Positions 33,657 through 44,722 of a stretch of DNA of 64,000 bases are shown piece by piece. Source of the stretch: an uncultured Alphaproteobacteria bacterium. Lineage in GTDB: Bacteria > Pseudomonadota > Alphaproteobacteria > Rhizobiales > Beijerinckiaceae. The number at the start of each line of letters is the position of its first letter. The first letter of the stretch is position 1. Location of the stretch: NCBI GenBank assembly GCA_963779095.1, contig CAVZWU010000004.1, positions 4,048 to 68,047 on the forward strand. Direction: 5' to 3'. The notes under the pieces were generated by a model that was not told the DNA's origin, did no database searches, and saw only the letters and a program-made list of their open reading frames with translations. The position numbers and the translations under genes were made by a program.

Positions 33657-34353
33657 TTGCCGCCGTCCGCAAACGTCCTGATCGTCTGCGGACTGAAGCG
33701 CGAGGCGGCGATCCTGGCCGGACCAGGGCGCACGACGCTCTGTGGCGACGCGCCAACTTTGCGCGCCGGGCTTGCGGAAGCGGCGAGTCTCAGGCCCTCG
33801 CTCGTGGTCAGTTGGGGCCTGTGCGGCGGGCTCGATCCGCGGCTTCGTCCCGGCGATCTCATTCTCGGCGCGGAAGTCGTCTCGAATGACGGGCGCCGTC
33901 AGAACCGACGAGGCCGTCACGTCGTCGCTTGCGCGAGCGCCTCCTCGCGGCGGGAACGCGCGTCGTCATCGAACGTGTGGCGGCCGCCGACGCTCCGGTC
34001 CTGACCGCCGCCGCCAAGGCGGACCTGCGCCGCGCGAGCGGGGCGGCGGCGGTCGACATGGAAAGCCTGATCGCCGGCCAATACGCGCTCAAACAGCGGA
34101 TCCCGTTCGCGATTTTGCGCGCGGTCGCCGACCCCGCCGAACGCGACTTGCCGCCGCTCGTGTTGAAAGCCGTGGATTCCGACGGCGGGATCGACGTCAG
34201 AGCCGTCATTCGGAGAGCTTGTCCGCTCTCCGGGCCAGCTCGCCGGGCTTGCGCGCGGCCGCGCTCGACAGCAGGGCCGCGTTCCGGGCGCTAAATCGTT
34301 GCCGTAGCCTTCTTCCTGGCCTTTTCCTCGGCCTCGGCCCGGCGGATGTCTGA
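33657..34353 (+). CDS. hpnG: Hopanoid-associated phosphorylase, several frameshifts
   Basis: CGLKREA, SWGLCGGLDP.LRPGD, AVDMES, LRAVADPA. Confidence 0.8.
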
Positions 34354-35449
34354 CAGCTTCTGGGCGACGTTCTTGTCGAAAACGTACTGGGCCTCGCGCT
34401 GGCTCCCCAGCGGGATGTCCGGCGCCATCGCGCCCTCGGTCTTGACGCCCATGAGCGCGACGCGCGCGGCCTTCCACGGCTTGGTCACGGTATCGCGCAC
34501 GGCTGTCGCCTCGAACCCGCTATGGACCATGCAGTCGGCGCATTTCTCATAATTGCCGACCCCATAGGCGTCCCAGTCGGTCTCCTCCATCAGCTCCTTG
34601 AAGGTCTTGGCATAGCCTTCGCCGAGCAGATAGCAGGGCCGCTGCCAGCCGAAGACGGTGCGCGTCGGATTGCCCCATGGCGTGCAGTGATAGGTCTGGT
34701 TGCCGGCGAGGAAGTCGAGAAACATGGTCGACTGGTTGAAGGCCCATTTGCGCGCGCCATTCCCCCGCGCGGAACACCGCGCGGAACAGCTCCTTCGTCG
34801 CCGAGCGGTTGAGAAAATGCTTCTGGTCGGGGGCGCGCTCATAGGCGTAGCCAGGCGAAACGGTGATGCCATCGACGCCGAGCTCGGTCACCGTATCGAA
34901 GAAGGCGGCGATGCGCTCCGGGTCCGCATCGTTGAAGAAGGTGCAGTTGATCGTGACGCGGAAGCCCTTGGCCTTGGCGGTCTTCAGCGCCTTGACCGCG
35001 CGGTCGTAGACGCCCGGCTCGCAGACGGACTTGTCGTGCATCTCCTGGTCGCCGTCGAGATGGATCGACCAGGTGAAATAGGGGCTGGGCTTGTATTGAT
35101 CGATCTTCTTTTCCAGCAGCAGCGCATTGGTGCAGACGATCGCGAATTTCTTGCGCGCGATGACGCCCTCGACGATCTTGGCCAGGTCCCTGTGCAGGAG
35201 CGGCTCGCCGCCCGCCATCACGACGACCGGAGCGCCGCACTCGTCGACCGAGGCCAGCGCGTCCTCGACTGAAATGCGCTTGTTGAGAATGGCGTCGGGA
35301 TAGTCGATCTTGCCGCAGCCCGCGCAAGCGAGATTGCAGCGGAACAGCGGCTCCAGCATCAACACGAGCGGGTAGCGCTTGCGGCCGGCGAGATGCTGCC
35401 GGACGATATAGGCGCCGACTCTGGCAATCTGTCTTAAGGGTATGCCCAC
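34291..35449 (-). CDS. hpnH: Adenosyl-hopene transferase (radical SAM), frameshift near 34760
   Basis: YPLVLMLEPLFRCNLACAGCGKI, CTPWGNP, KCADCMVH. Confidence 0.93.
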
Positions 35450-35470
35450 GAGCGATCCTTACAAAGCGAA

Positions 35471-36407
35471 TTAACCGACGGGCTCATTTCGAAGTTCCGC
35501 CGGCAGGCGGAAACTCACCGTCTCGGCCGGTCCGTCGAGGACCGACACTTCCGACGGCGCGAGCGCCGACAAGGCTCGAACCACGTCTTCGACCACGACC
35601 TCAGGCGCGGACGCGCCGGCCGTCACGCCGACGACAGCGGCGTTGCGCACCCATTCCGGGTCGATTTCGCTGCTGTCGGCGACAAGGTAGCTCGGAATCC
35701 CGACCTCGTCGCCAATCTCGCGCAGCCGGTTGGAGTTGGAGCTGTTGCGGGCGCCGACGACGATGATGACGTCGGCGACCTGGCACAATTCGCGCACCGC
35801 AGTCTGCCGATTCTGTGTCGCGTAGCAAATGTCGCGAACATCAGGACCCACGACGTCGCTGAAGCGACGAACCAATGCGGCGATGATGCCGCGCGTATCG
35901 TCGACGCTCAGCGTCGTCTGCGTGATGTAGGCGATCGGCGTGTCGACTGCGATGGGCAGCTTTTCGACATCGTCCTCGTCTTCGACCAGGTGCACCTCGC
36001 CATCGATCTGCCCAAGCGTTCCTTCGACTTCGGGATGGCCGTCATGGCCGATGAACACCAGCACCCGACCCCGGGCGATGTATCCCCGCCCCTGGTTGTG
36101 CACCTTGGTGACCAACGGGCAAGTGGCGTCGATGGTCGGAAGCGACCGCGCCTTGGCTTCCTGTCTCGACGTCTCGCGAGACGCCGTGGGCGCTGAAGAT
36201 GGTCACGGCGCCCGCCGGCACGTCCTTCAGCGTCTCGACAAAGCGCGCGCCTTTCGCCTTGAGCGATTCGACGACATGGCGATTGTGGACGATCTCGTGG
36301 CGCACGTAGACCGGAGCGCCATGCTTGGCCAACGCCCGCTCGACAATATCGATCGCCCGAACGACGCCGGCGCAAAACCCGCGCGGCTGAGCAAGAATGA
36401 TCTTCAT
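35471..36407 (-). CDS. ispH: 4-hydroxy-3-methylbut-2-enyl diphosphate reductase, frameshift near 36150
   Basis: [36 protein letters not shown]. Confidence 0.93.
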
Positions 36408-36649
36408 TCGCCTGACCTTCTCGCCGAAGCCTCGACGGGCGAGCCTGATGACAGGCTTGTCCCAACCCGCGACGCCCGCGACGAGTTCCGAAACCCATCC
36501 ATACGCGGCGAGCAGGGCCTGGACAAGAGACTTAGTCCCGGCCGTCCGCCGCATCATACCATGTGGGGAGCGCGCCTCGATTTGTCCAAGCCGCCGGCGG
36601 CTCAAGGCTTCGAAGCGATCCGGGGGCCAGGATGCAACTTGGACGCGAA

Positions 36650-36790
36650 CTGCGCGAAAGCGAACGAAAGGAAACGAAAGGAAAATCGCTTTTTTTTGCT
36701 TTCTTTTGCTTTCTTTTGCTTTCTTTTACTTTTCGGAATCCGGGCTTTTCAATGGGTTACAGCGGAAAAAAGTAGAAAAAATTTCCCTTC
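36650..36790. repeat. AT-rich intergenic element with inverted arrays of 10-bp units
   Basis: (G/C)(A/G)AACGAAAG units facing CTTTCTTTTG-type units, followed by TTTCAATGGGTTA. Confidence 0.6.
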
Positions 36791-36966
36791 GTCCCAACTC
36801 GCGTCCTGGGTTGTATGCGGAGCCCTCGAACGCCCTTTCGGCCCCATGCCGCGGTTCCTGGCGCCTCTGTTCAAACCTCGGGAATTTTATATCATACGAT
36901 CGATACTTCTGTCAAGCAGAAAGAATGCTAACGCGGCCGCGTCGCCCCTCGATCGGCCGGCCCGCG

Positions 36967-38496
36967 TCACGCGCGCGCCGCCACAGCCGCCCATTTCCAG
37001 TTGAGCGCCAGCACGCCGGCCACCGCGGCGAGAGGGACAAGCGTCGCCCAGGAGCCGATCACGGCCGCGGCCGTCGCAATGGCCCACAGGATCGAGACCA
37101 GGTGCTCCATCATGCCGACAAGCTTCGACTGGGCATGGCGGCGGAGCACGAGGCCGCGACGCGACGGCGCCTGGCGCCAAAGGTTGACCAGCGCGGCGGA
37201 GGCGACCGCTCCGGCGCCGAACAGAAGCGCGCAAAGCCCGGCCCAAGGCGACGCGAAGGCCAATGCGGCGAGGGGAAGCGCGAGGATGAGCGCGATCGGC
37301 TGCCCGATCGCGGCGATCTTGGCGCGTTCGACGGCGGGCCGGGAGACGGGGGCGGTCGCCAGAAAGTCCGGCGCGTCCTCGGCCGACAGCGCGATCCAGG
37401 ACAAGGCGCCGGCGAGCTGCGCCGCAATCACGACCAGGGCGGGCGTGAACGCGACCCCGACTGTGCCTGTCGGTCCGCCGCCGCGCCAGAGAATGACGGC
37501 GAGCGGCGTCGTATAGGCGGCCTGCAAAAGCAGCTGAGACATGAGCCAGGGGTCGCGCCAGACGACGCGCCGTTCCTTGACGCGCAAGGCTGCGCCCACG
37601 CTCGCGCCGAAACGCGACGCACGCCTCGCCGCGGCTCCCTCATTGGCCGGCGCGCCCGAAGAGGCGGCCGCCGCGCGCGCGAAGCGTTCGCCGAAAAGCA
37701 GGCAAGCGAGCAAGAAGACACTGGCGCCGAACGCCGTCCAGATGAGAACCGCACGAGGATCGCCAGCCGCCGCGTGCACCGGCGTCATCAGGAGGCGTCC
37801 CACGGGGTTGCCGCCGTCGGCAGGCGGCGAAAAAGCCGCCAGGATCGACGCGCGCATACGCTCGGGCAGCATGGCGACGACCTGCGCCCCAAGCCCCGCC
37901 GACGCACCCACCACGGTCGCAGCGATCTGGCTCAGGAGGCGCGCCCGGCGCGGCCCGACCGTCAGGAAAAGACCCATCGCCAGAATGACCGCGAGGCCGG
38001 TTCCCGCAAGCCCTGCTGCAAGAAGGGCGGGATAGAGCGCGAGCCAATGCGGATGACCGCGCAGCGCCGTGACGTCGGCGAGCGGCGTCAGCAGAAGGCC
38101 GACCGAGGCGACGGCGCCGATCGCAATCGACAAAGCGCGCGCGGCGAGCAGGCTATGCGCGTCGACGGGCGAGGACAGAATCAGCTCGAGGTCCGAGCGC
38201 GCAAATAGCGCTCGGGTGAATTCGGTCGTCGACTGGCCCACGATCCATGGAAGGGTGAGCGCAATTCCGCTGGCGAGAATCGCCGTAATCCGCACGAGGC
38301 CGTCGGGACCGTCTTCGACGGCGATGAGCCAGCCTCCAACCGGCCAGGCTGCGAGATGGAGCGCAAGGAACAGAAGGGCGATCAGGATCGCCAGTCCTGT
38401 CGGCGTCAATCCGCCGAACATCGACGCCAGGCCGCGCGCGCTGAGGCGAAGATCGTGAGCGACGAAACGAGGAAAAGCGCCGGCGCCGGCGCTCAT
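36967..38496 (-). CDS. Putative ABC-2 type exporter permease
   Basis: Multi-TM protein, RSDLELILSSP, KE...WRDP; coupled to the ATPase gene. Confidence 0.75.
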   Translation of the reverse strand: MSAGAGAFPRFVAHDLRLSARGLASMFGGLTPTGLAILIALLFLALHLAAWPVGGWLIAVEDGPDGLVRITAILASGIALTLPWIVGQSTTEFTRALFARSDLELILSSPVDAHSLLAARALSIAIGAVASVGLLLTPLADVTALRGHPHWLALYPALLAAGLAGTGLAVILAMGLFLTVGPRRARLLSQIAATVVGASAGLGAQVVAMLPERMRASILAAFSPPADGGNPVGRLLMTPVHAAAGDPRAVLIWTAFGASVFLLACLLFGERFARAAAASSGAPANEGAAARRASRFGASVGAALRVKERRVVWRDPWLMSQLLLQAAYTTPLAVILWRGGGPTGTVGVAFTPALVVIAAQLAGALSWIALSAEDAPDFLATAPVSRPAVERAKIAAIGQPIALILALPLAALAFASPWAGLCALLFGAGAVASAALVNLWRQAPSRRGLVLRRHAQSKLVGMMEHLVSILWAIATAAAVIGSWATLVPLAAVAGVLALNWKWAAVAARA

Positions 38497-39254
38497 GCCG
38501 CCGGCCTCGCCTCTGAGGTCAAGCCGAGGAAGACCGTCTCCAGCGTCGCGCCGCCGACGCCGACGCCGACGCTCGAGCGCAGTTCATCGAGCGTGCCCTC
38601 GGCGATCATCCGCCCATGCGCGATAATGCCGATGCGATGCGCAAGCCGCTCCGCGACCTCGAGAATATGCGTCGTCATGATGATCGTCGCGCCCCCCCGC
38701 ACGCGGTTCGTGAGGATGTCTTTCACCTGGCGGGCGGCGGCGGCGTCAAGGCCGGTCAGCGGCTCATCGAGCATCAGGAGTTTCGGCTCATGGATAAGCG
38801 CGCCGGCGAGCGCCAGCTTTTGCCGCATGCCGCGCGAAAATCCCTCGCAGCGTTCGCGGCGATGCGGCCATAAGCCGAGGCTTTCGAGCAATTCTTCAGC
38901 CAGCCGCTTCGCCCGGCGCCCCTCGACCGACCAGAGGCCGGAGACGAATTCGAGATATTCGAGCGGGTCGAGCTTGTCGTATAGCATCGGCTCGTCGGGC
39001 AGCCAGGCGACGATGCGCTTGGCGTCGATCGGCGAGCGGCGCGCGTCCACGCCGAAGATCCGGATTTCGCCGGAGTCGGCGGGAAGGAGCCGCGCGACCA
39101 GACGCAGGGTCGTCGTCTTTCCCGCGCCGTTGGGGCCGAGCAGCGCATAGAACTCGCCGGGGGGAATTGTGAGGTCGAGCCGATCGACCGCTGGCCGGCC
39201 GAAGCTCTTGGTCAAGGAGCGCAGCGCGAGGGCCGGAACATCTGGAGCGGGCAT
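38493..39254 (-). CDS. ABC transporter ATP-binding protein
   Basis: GPNGAGKTT, FSRGMRQK, LDEPLTGLD. Confidence 0.9.
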   Translation of the reverse strand: MPAPDVPALALRSLTKSFGRPAVDRLDLTIPPGEFYALLGPNGAGKTTTLRLVARLLPADSGEIRIFGVDARRSPIDAKRIVAWLPDEPMLYDKLDPLEYLEFVSGLWSVEGRRAKRLAEELLESLGLWPHRRERCEGFSRGMRQKLALAGALIHEPKLLMLDEPLTGLDAAAARQVKDILTNRVRGGATIIMTTHILEVAERLAHRIGIIAHGRMIAEGTLDELRSSVGVGVGGATLETVFLGLTSEARPAA

Positions 39255-39424
39255 CTTTTGTCTCGCGCGGTGGATGCAACCCAGAGTAGAGGGCGGCGCT
39301 TGATCGCGCGTTAAGATGAGCTGGTCCTCGTCGTCGCTTGGGACGTCAGATCGAATCTGCGCTTTCCCCGCGACTGGCGTGGCGGCTCGGCCATTTGGTC
39401 TGAGCATCTCACCCGCAGAGGCGC

Positions 39425-39458
39425 AAAAAAGCCGGAGGAAGGTCGCCCTTCCTCCGGC
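39425..39458 (-). terminator. Rho-independent terminator of the porin gene
   Basis: 12-bp stem GCCGGAGGAAGG/CCTTCCTCCGGC followed by a U-tract on the minus strand. Confidence 0.85.
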
Positions 39459-39490
39459 TCGAATGGAAGTCAGATCGGAGCGCTAGGCGC

Positions 39491-40318
39491 TCAGAACTTG
39501 TAGTTGACCGCCGCGCGGAAGATCGAGGCGTTGTAGTTGATGTGGCCGCTTCCGTAGACGCCCGGGAACTCGGCGGCTGCGATGGTGTTTCCGGCCGACG
39601 TGAAGTTGTCGCTGCCGAGGTCGGCGTAGAGATATTCACCCCGGATCGTCCAGTTGTTGGTTAGGGCGTATTCGACACCGCCGCCAACCGTCCAGCCGAC
39701 GCGCGTCGAACTCGGATTGCCGCTCCAGAGCCCTCCTGTGCTGTCAAAGAAGCTGAAGTTCGTGCTGCCGCCGCCGTAGGCGACGCCGCCTGTGGCGTAG
39801 ACCATCAAGCGGTTGTCAGGAGTGACGACGAAGCCGACGCGCGCGCGCGTCGTGCCCAGCCAGTCGAGGCTGGTCTTGGAGTTGACGCTGAAGAAATCGC
39901 CAGGACCACCAGGGCCGATAAAGGACGGACCTGCAGCGTTGGTGCTCTTGCTCAGGGTGGTTCCCTGGAAGTCGGTTTCTACGCCGAGCACGAAGGCGCC
40001 TGTCTGCCAGTTGTAACCCGCCTGACCACCGCCGATGAACCCGGCGTTGCCATTTCCAAGCCCACCCGGGAACGCACCGGTGAGGATGCCGGGACCGAAG
40101 TCGGAACCCGGGTCAAATAGTGTCGCCGAGCGGCTGCCGCTGCTCCAGATGCCGCCGGCGTTCAAACCGACGTAGAACCCGGTCCAGGTGAAGGGCGGCG
40201 GCACGAACACCGGCGCCGGCGCCTCTTTTCTGGTCGGAAGGTCTGCCGCTTGGGCGGCCACTGTCCCCAAAGCCATCAGCGCCACAATAGCGACGCCCTT
40301 GAGCCAGCGATTGGTCAT
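39491..40318 (-). CDS. Omp25/Omp31/RopB-family outer-membrane protein
   Basis: AADLP, FTWTGFYVG, GGQAGYNWQ, GWTVGGGVEY, terminal YKF. Confidence 0.92.
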   Translation of the reverse strand: MTNRWLKGVAIVALMALGTVAAQAADLPTRKEAPAPVFVPPPFTWTGFYVGLNAGGIWSSGSRSATLFDPGSDFGPGILTGAFPGGLGNGNAGFIGGGQAGYNWQTGAFVLGVETDFQGTTLSKSTNAAGPSFIGPGGPGDFFSVNSKTSLDWLGTTRARVGFVVTPDNRLMVYATGGVAYGGGSTNFSFFDSTGGLWSGNPSSTRVGWTVGGGVEYALTNNWTIRGEYLYADLGSDNFTSAGNTIAAAEFPGVYGSGHINYNASIFRAAVNYKF

Positions 40319-40504
40319 CTTCTTTTGTCTCCGTCTTGTTCCGCGACGCCATACGCTCTACGCATGCGCCCCGCCGCCAATAACAATGCGTGGACTATAG
40401 GTTTCCGTTCCACGCGAGTCCACCCGACATTCGCGCTCGCCAAGGATTTATGGCCCAATGTGGCAAAACCGCCACAGATTTGCGGCGTTCCTGGTTAATC
40501 AACC

Positions 40505-41189
40505 TTAAACGGCGACCAAACTCGCCAAAAGCACCGCGATTACGCCGGTCAGGAAGATGCCGTCGAACGTTCCCGCGCCGCCGATCGAAGCCACCGAAGC
40601 CCCGAGGCTGCGTAACTGGCCGAGATTGAGCAGATCGGCGCCGACCAGCACGCCGAGGCTGCCGCCAATATAGGCAATCGGCGCCGCGAATCGCCGCGAT
40701 AGCGCCAGCGCCACGCCGGCCGCCAGCAGCGGCGGGGCAATTGTCGGCACCGATATGCCCACGCCCGGAATTGGCGTCGCCATCCGGTGGACCACAAAGC
40801 CGACGACCGCCGTCGCCACGGCGCCGGAGGCCCAAAGGTCATAGCGGACGAGCAGGTAAAACGAGAGCAGGATTGGAATGACCGCGCCGCCGACGTTGAT
40901 CGCCAGAATCGTGCCCGGCCAGTCGACTTGCGACCGGCGCCAGGAACGGCACGCCGAAAAACTCCACCACCTCCCGCGACACGACCCGCTGTCCGGGCAG
41001 GCGGAGCAGCGGCAGATTGATGTACGAGCCGAGCAGGGAGCCGAACAGCACCAGCATGGCGATGCGAGGATCGAGACCGAGGGCGGAATAGGCGTGGCCC
41101 AGCAGGCGGATCTGAATAAAAAGCAGAAGACCAACCAGAACCGCGAAAAACAGACTCGCGGCGCCGACGCCGACCGGAAAGTAATGCAT
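40505..41189 (-). CDS. DUF1614 membrane protein, frameshift near 40925
   Basis: LGSYINLP, AINVGGAVIP, SIGGAGTFDGIFLTG. Confidence 0.82.
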
Positions 41190-41247
41190 GTGACTCAAGG
41201 GCGTCGGCCTCCGGAGGCTGGCGGAGCTGGAGGCAGACGGCGATCGC

Positions 41248-41679
41248 TCACGCGCTGGCCAGCGCCGCGATGATCTTGTCGGCGTAGGGCTTAAGCGCCT
41301 CGGCGTCCTGGAAGGGTCCGCCCGGCGGGCGCACCGCAACGCCTGTCCAGCACGGCAGAAGGTGAAAGTGCAGATGGAAGACCTGCTGCCCGCTCGCCGG
41401 TTCGTTGAACTGCTGGAGCAAAAGCCCCTCGGCCCTCATGCCTGCCATGACGGCGCGCCCGACCTTTTGCACCGCCGGCATGAAGCGCGCCAGATACGCG
41501 GGGTCGATGTCAAAGAGGGTGCGCGCCGGCGTCTTTGGAATGACGAGCGTATGCCCCTCGGCGCGCGGCATCACGTCCATGAACGCCAAGGACACATCAT
41601 CCTCGTAGACTTTGACGCAGGGCGCCTCGCTGCGAAGGATCTTGGCGAAGATGTTGTCGGAATCATACGTCGGCGTCAA
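41248..41679 (-). CDS. HIT family protein
   Basis: YDSDNIFAKIL, GHTLVIPK, QQVFHLHFH. Confidence 0.92.
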   Translation of the reverse strand: MTPTYDSDNIFAKILRSEAPCVKVYEDDVSLAFMDVMPRAEGHTLVIPKTPARTLFDIDPAYLARFMPAVQKVGRAVMAGMRAEGLLLQQFNEPASGQQVFHLHFHLLPCWTGVAVRPPGGPFQDAEALKPYADKIIAALASA

Positions 41680-42901
41680 AGGCTTCTCCCATTTGCTCCG
41701 CCCCGTCGGCGCCGCCGTCGCCGCGGCGGAAGGGCGCGTATTCCTCATAATGGGCGATCGTCCGCTCCACGGCGGCCCGCTCGTGTCCGAGATAGTCGGC
41801 GATCGCCCGGGCCAGCCGAGCGTCCGCGAATTCGTGGGCCGAATAGGTGCGGGTCGGGCGATAGCCGCGCGCGAGCTTGTGCTCGCCCTGGGCCCCGGCC
41901 TCGATTCGCCGCAAACCGCGCGACAGCGCGAAATCGATCGCCTGATAGTAGCAGACCTCGAAATGCAAAAACGCATGGTGCTCGATCGCGCCCCAGTTGC
42001 GGCCGTAGAGCGCATCGTCGCCGATGAAATTGATCGCGCCCGCGATATAGCGCCCGGCGCGCCGCGCCATCACCAGGAGCACGCGGTCGGCGAGCGTCGC
42101 GCCGATCAAATCAAAAAAAGGGCGGGTCAGATAGGGACGGCCCCACTTGCGTGATCCCGTGTGCATGTAGAATTTGAAGAACGCGTCCCAGTGCTCGGAT
42201 CGAATCGCTGGGCCGGTCAGGCGCTCGACTGTGATTCCTCCCTCCAGAGCGTCGCGCCGCTCGCGCTTGATCGCCTTGCGCTTGCGGGAGGCCAGCGCCG
42301 CGAGGAAGTCGTCGAAATTCGAGTAGCCTTCGCAGAAGAAATGGAACTGCTCGCCGGTCCGGACGAGAAATCCGGCGCTCGACAGCCGTTCGGCGTCCTC
42401 GGCGGTGGGGAAAGTGGCGTGTATCGATGACGCCTTCGTCTGCTTGCGCAATTCGCGCAAAGCCCCGATCAGCGCCTCGCGCGCGCCCTCGGGCGCATCG
42501 GCTGCGACGAGGAGCCTGCGTCCGGTCACCGGGGTGAACGGAACGGCGACCTGGAGCTTGGGATAGTAGCGCCCGCCCGCGCGCTCGTAGGCGTCCGCCC
42601 ATGCGTGGTCGAACACGTATTCGCCCTGGCTGTGGCTCTTGAGATAGGCGGGCGCGGCCGCGACAACGCGTCCGCGCCCGTCTTCGACCGTCACGTGCGC
42701 AGGCGTCCAGCCCGAGCGGCCGCCGACCGAGCCCGAAGCCTCTAGCGCTTGCAAAAACGCGTGGGTGAGGAACGGATTGAACCGTTCGCCCTCGGCCTCG
42801 TCGAACGAGCGCCCCGGCGGATTGGCGCAGGCGTCCCATTCCGCGGCGTCAAGGGCGGCGATCGACTGGACGACGCGCGCGGTGAAGTTGGTCGAAGACA
42901 T
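41663..42901 (-). CDS. GNAT / FemAB-like protein (DUF482)
   Basis: HSQGEYVFDHAWA, YYPKL, LHFEVCYYQAI, EAGAQGEHKL. Confidence 0.9.
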   Translation of the reverse strand: MSSTNFTARVVQSIAALDAAEWDACANPPGRSFDEAEGERFNPFLTHAFLQALEASGSVGGRSGWTPAHVTVEDGRGRVVAAAPAYLKSHSQGEYVFDHAWADAYERAGGRYYPKLQVAVPFTPVTGRRLLVAADAPEGAREALIGALRELRKQTKASSIHATFPTAEDAERLSSAGFLVRTGEQFHFFCEGYSNFDDFLAALASRKRKAIKRERRDALEGGITVERLTGPAIRSEHWDAFFKFYMHTGSRKWGRPYLTRPFFDLIGATLADRVLLVMARRAGRYIAGAINFIGDDALYGRNWGAIEHHAFLHFEVCYYQAIDFALSRGLRRIEAGAQGEHKLARGYRPTRTYSAHEFADARLARAIADYLGHERAAVERTIAHYEEYAPFRRGDGGADGAEQMGEAFDADV

Positions 42902-43153
42902 GGGTTCAAGCGGTCCAGGCTGCAGGCAAAACGCATCTTAGCACGCTCCGTGCCGTTCGCGGCGATGGGGACCGGATCCTCACGCTCATGCGGATCGTCC
43001 CGAGCGGCGACCCACGCGAGTGGGCGGGCGCCTATTCTTCATGTGTTTTTTATATTTGACATTCTCTCCTCACGGGAGCGTGATAGACGAGGCCAGAGGA
43101 AGAAACGAAAAGAAGCCGGAAGAAGAAACGCCGATCTGGGAAGGACGCCCACG

Positions 43154-43429
43154 GTGGCAAAGGAGGCGCAACGCGGCCTCTATCAGGCGGTCGAGGCGCA
43201 TAAGGCCGAATTAGAAATTAAACGAGGCGCTACGTCGGGTCTCGATCTGGACGTCCTGGACCGTCGGATTGAGGCCGCTCAGCGGCTTTTAGAATGGCTC
43301 TCGCAAGCTCTTGAGCCTCGACCTCCGGCTTTCCCAGCTGCTCAAACGCCGCCATCATCAAGCTCTCCAGTTGATCGGAATCAAATTCCCCCATCGGCGC
43401 CCGATCCTCCAAAGACTTCGCGCCGGTGA
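43154..43429 (+). CDS. Hypothetical small helical protein
   Basis: GTG start after AAGGA; amphipathic helical sequence. Confidence 0.4.
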   Translation: MAKEAQRGLYQAVEAHKAELEIKRGATSGLDLDVLDRRIEAAQRLLEWLSQALEPRPPAFPAAQTPPSSSSPVDRNQIPPSAPDPPKTSRR

Positions 43430-43596
43430 TCAGCCATTCTGGCTACATGACGACGTATCCGGGCGAACATAACCAGCCTTTAGTTGTTTGATCAACCCGC
43501 AAATTTTTAATCGGCGAGCGATTCGCAAGGACTCGACGTCCGCATACAACGCGGATCCGAGGGGATGCGCTGCACTGTCTCCCCGCGCAGCCCCCT

Positions 43597-43818
43597 TCAG
43601 CCTTTCTTCTTCATGTCTAAGATCACGCCGAAATCGCCGGACTTTGTCTTTCCGTCCGACACGTCAAAGCCTTCTGCCGCTAACCCCCGACGCAGCAACT
43701 CGCGAACCGCCGCAGCCCGGCTGGGCATGTGACGACTGAATCGCCACTGATCGAGAGCGGCGAGCTCCTCTGCCGTAAGCATGATCTGAAGACGTTCGCC
43801 GCGAGGCTCCGCAGACAT
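43597..43818 (-). CDS. Small ribbon-helix-helix-like protein
   Basis: ERLQIML..EL..LD.WR...PSRAAAVRELLRRGL strand-helix-helix pattern; GGAGGG RBS. Confidence 0.75.
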   Translation of the reverse strand: MSAEPRGERLQIMLTAEELAALDQWRFSRHMPSRAAAVRELLRRGLAAEGFDVSDGKTKSGDFGVILDMKKKG

Positions 43819-44037
43819 CGATACCCTCCCTCCGAAAAGCCGTTATTTGCTCACATTGGGTCGCTTACTCATAATTACAATCTTTTGTCAAGCGCGTAAC
43901 ATGAGTAGATGCAGAAAAAACAGTCGATTGTATATCCGATGCATACTGACGCACTTCCGTTTTATACCTATGTTAATAATAAAATATTGCTTGATACAGA
44001 TTCAGTTCTGTCGTAGATACGAACAGAGGCATTTGCA

Positions 44038-44682
44038 ATGCTAACACGAAGTGAATCAAATATATCTTCTGTCGATCGTCCGCATACCTACGGGGAAGAA
44101 GCCGAGCATCGGATCGCGAATAGTCTACAAATGATCAGCGCTCTTGTTCGTCAGCGGGCGCGGAGAGAACACGTCTCAGATCCGCAAACGTTTCTTCTGG
44201 AGGTCGCCGATCGCATAGAAACCGTCGGAAAGCTTCATCGCCTTCTCGGGGAATCGACGACGGGATCAGTCCAGTTACGGGCATATCTGGAAGACATTTG
44301 TGACCGCCTGAGAGGCGCTCTGGCGCCGACGGCGACATCATTTTGTTTTGACTGCCCGGTCGAGTGTCTTCTGCCTGCGAAAACAGCCTTGCCGCTGGCG
44401 CTCATCACCGCCGAACTGGTGTCCAATTCACTAAAATACGCTCATCCGGCAGGCTTGCCGACCAAGATCACTCTGTCCTGTCACCCTGACGAAAATGGCG
44501 TCCTCACGATCGTATACGAGGATGATGGGGTGGGGTTTCCCGAGGGGTTCGACGTCAACGAGGCTGGGCACATGGGGATGAACTTCATTCGCCTGCTCAG
44601 CAAAGGCGTGGGCGGCGAGCATGATTGGTGCAGCGATCCGCTGGGGATTCGCTTCGAAATCGCGCTTCCGATAAGTCCTTAA
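44038..44682 (+). CDS. Soluble HisKA_2/HWE-type histidine kinase without a sensor domain
   Basis: EAEHRIANSLQ H-box, ELVSNSLKYA, DDGVG, GMNFI. Confidence 0.88.
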   Translation: MLTRSESNISSVDRPHTYGEEAEHRIANSLQMISALVRQRARREHVSDPQTFLLEVADRIETVGKLHRLLGESTTGSVQLRAYLEDICDRLRGALAPTATSFCFDCPVECLLPAKTALPLALITAELVSNSLKYAHPAGLPTKITLSCHPDENGVLTIVYEDDGVGFPEGFDVNEAGHMGMNFIRLLSKGVGGEHDWCSDPLGIRFEIALPISP

Positions 44683-44722
44683 TCTCCTCCCGATAGAATT
44701 TGCGGCTCGCGGACGGGAAGTC

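Noticed and set aside
32983-36407. hpnM-hpnG / hpnH-ispH cluster as a novel system
   Set aside because: Well-known hopanoid gene association.
36397-38208. 603-aa plus-strand ORF containing a Phe-rich hydrophobic segment
   Set aside because: It reads through the non-coding T-rich repeat and antisense to the ABC permease; Arg-rich shadow composition.
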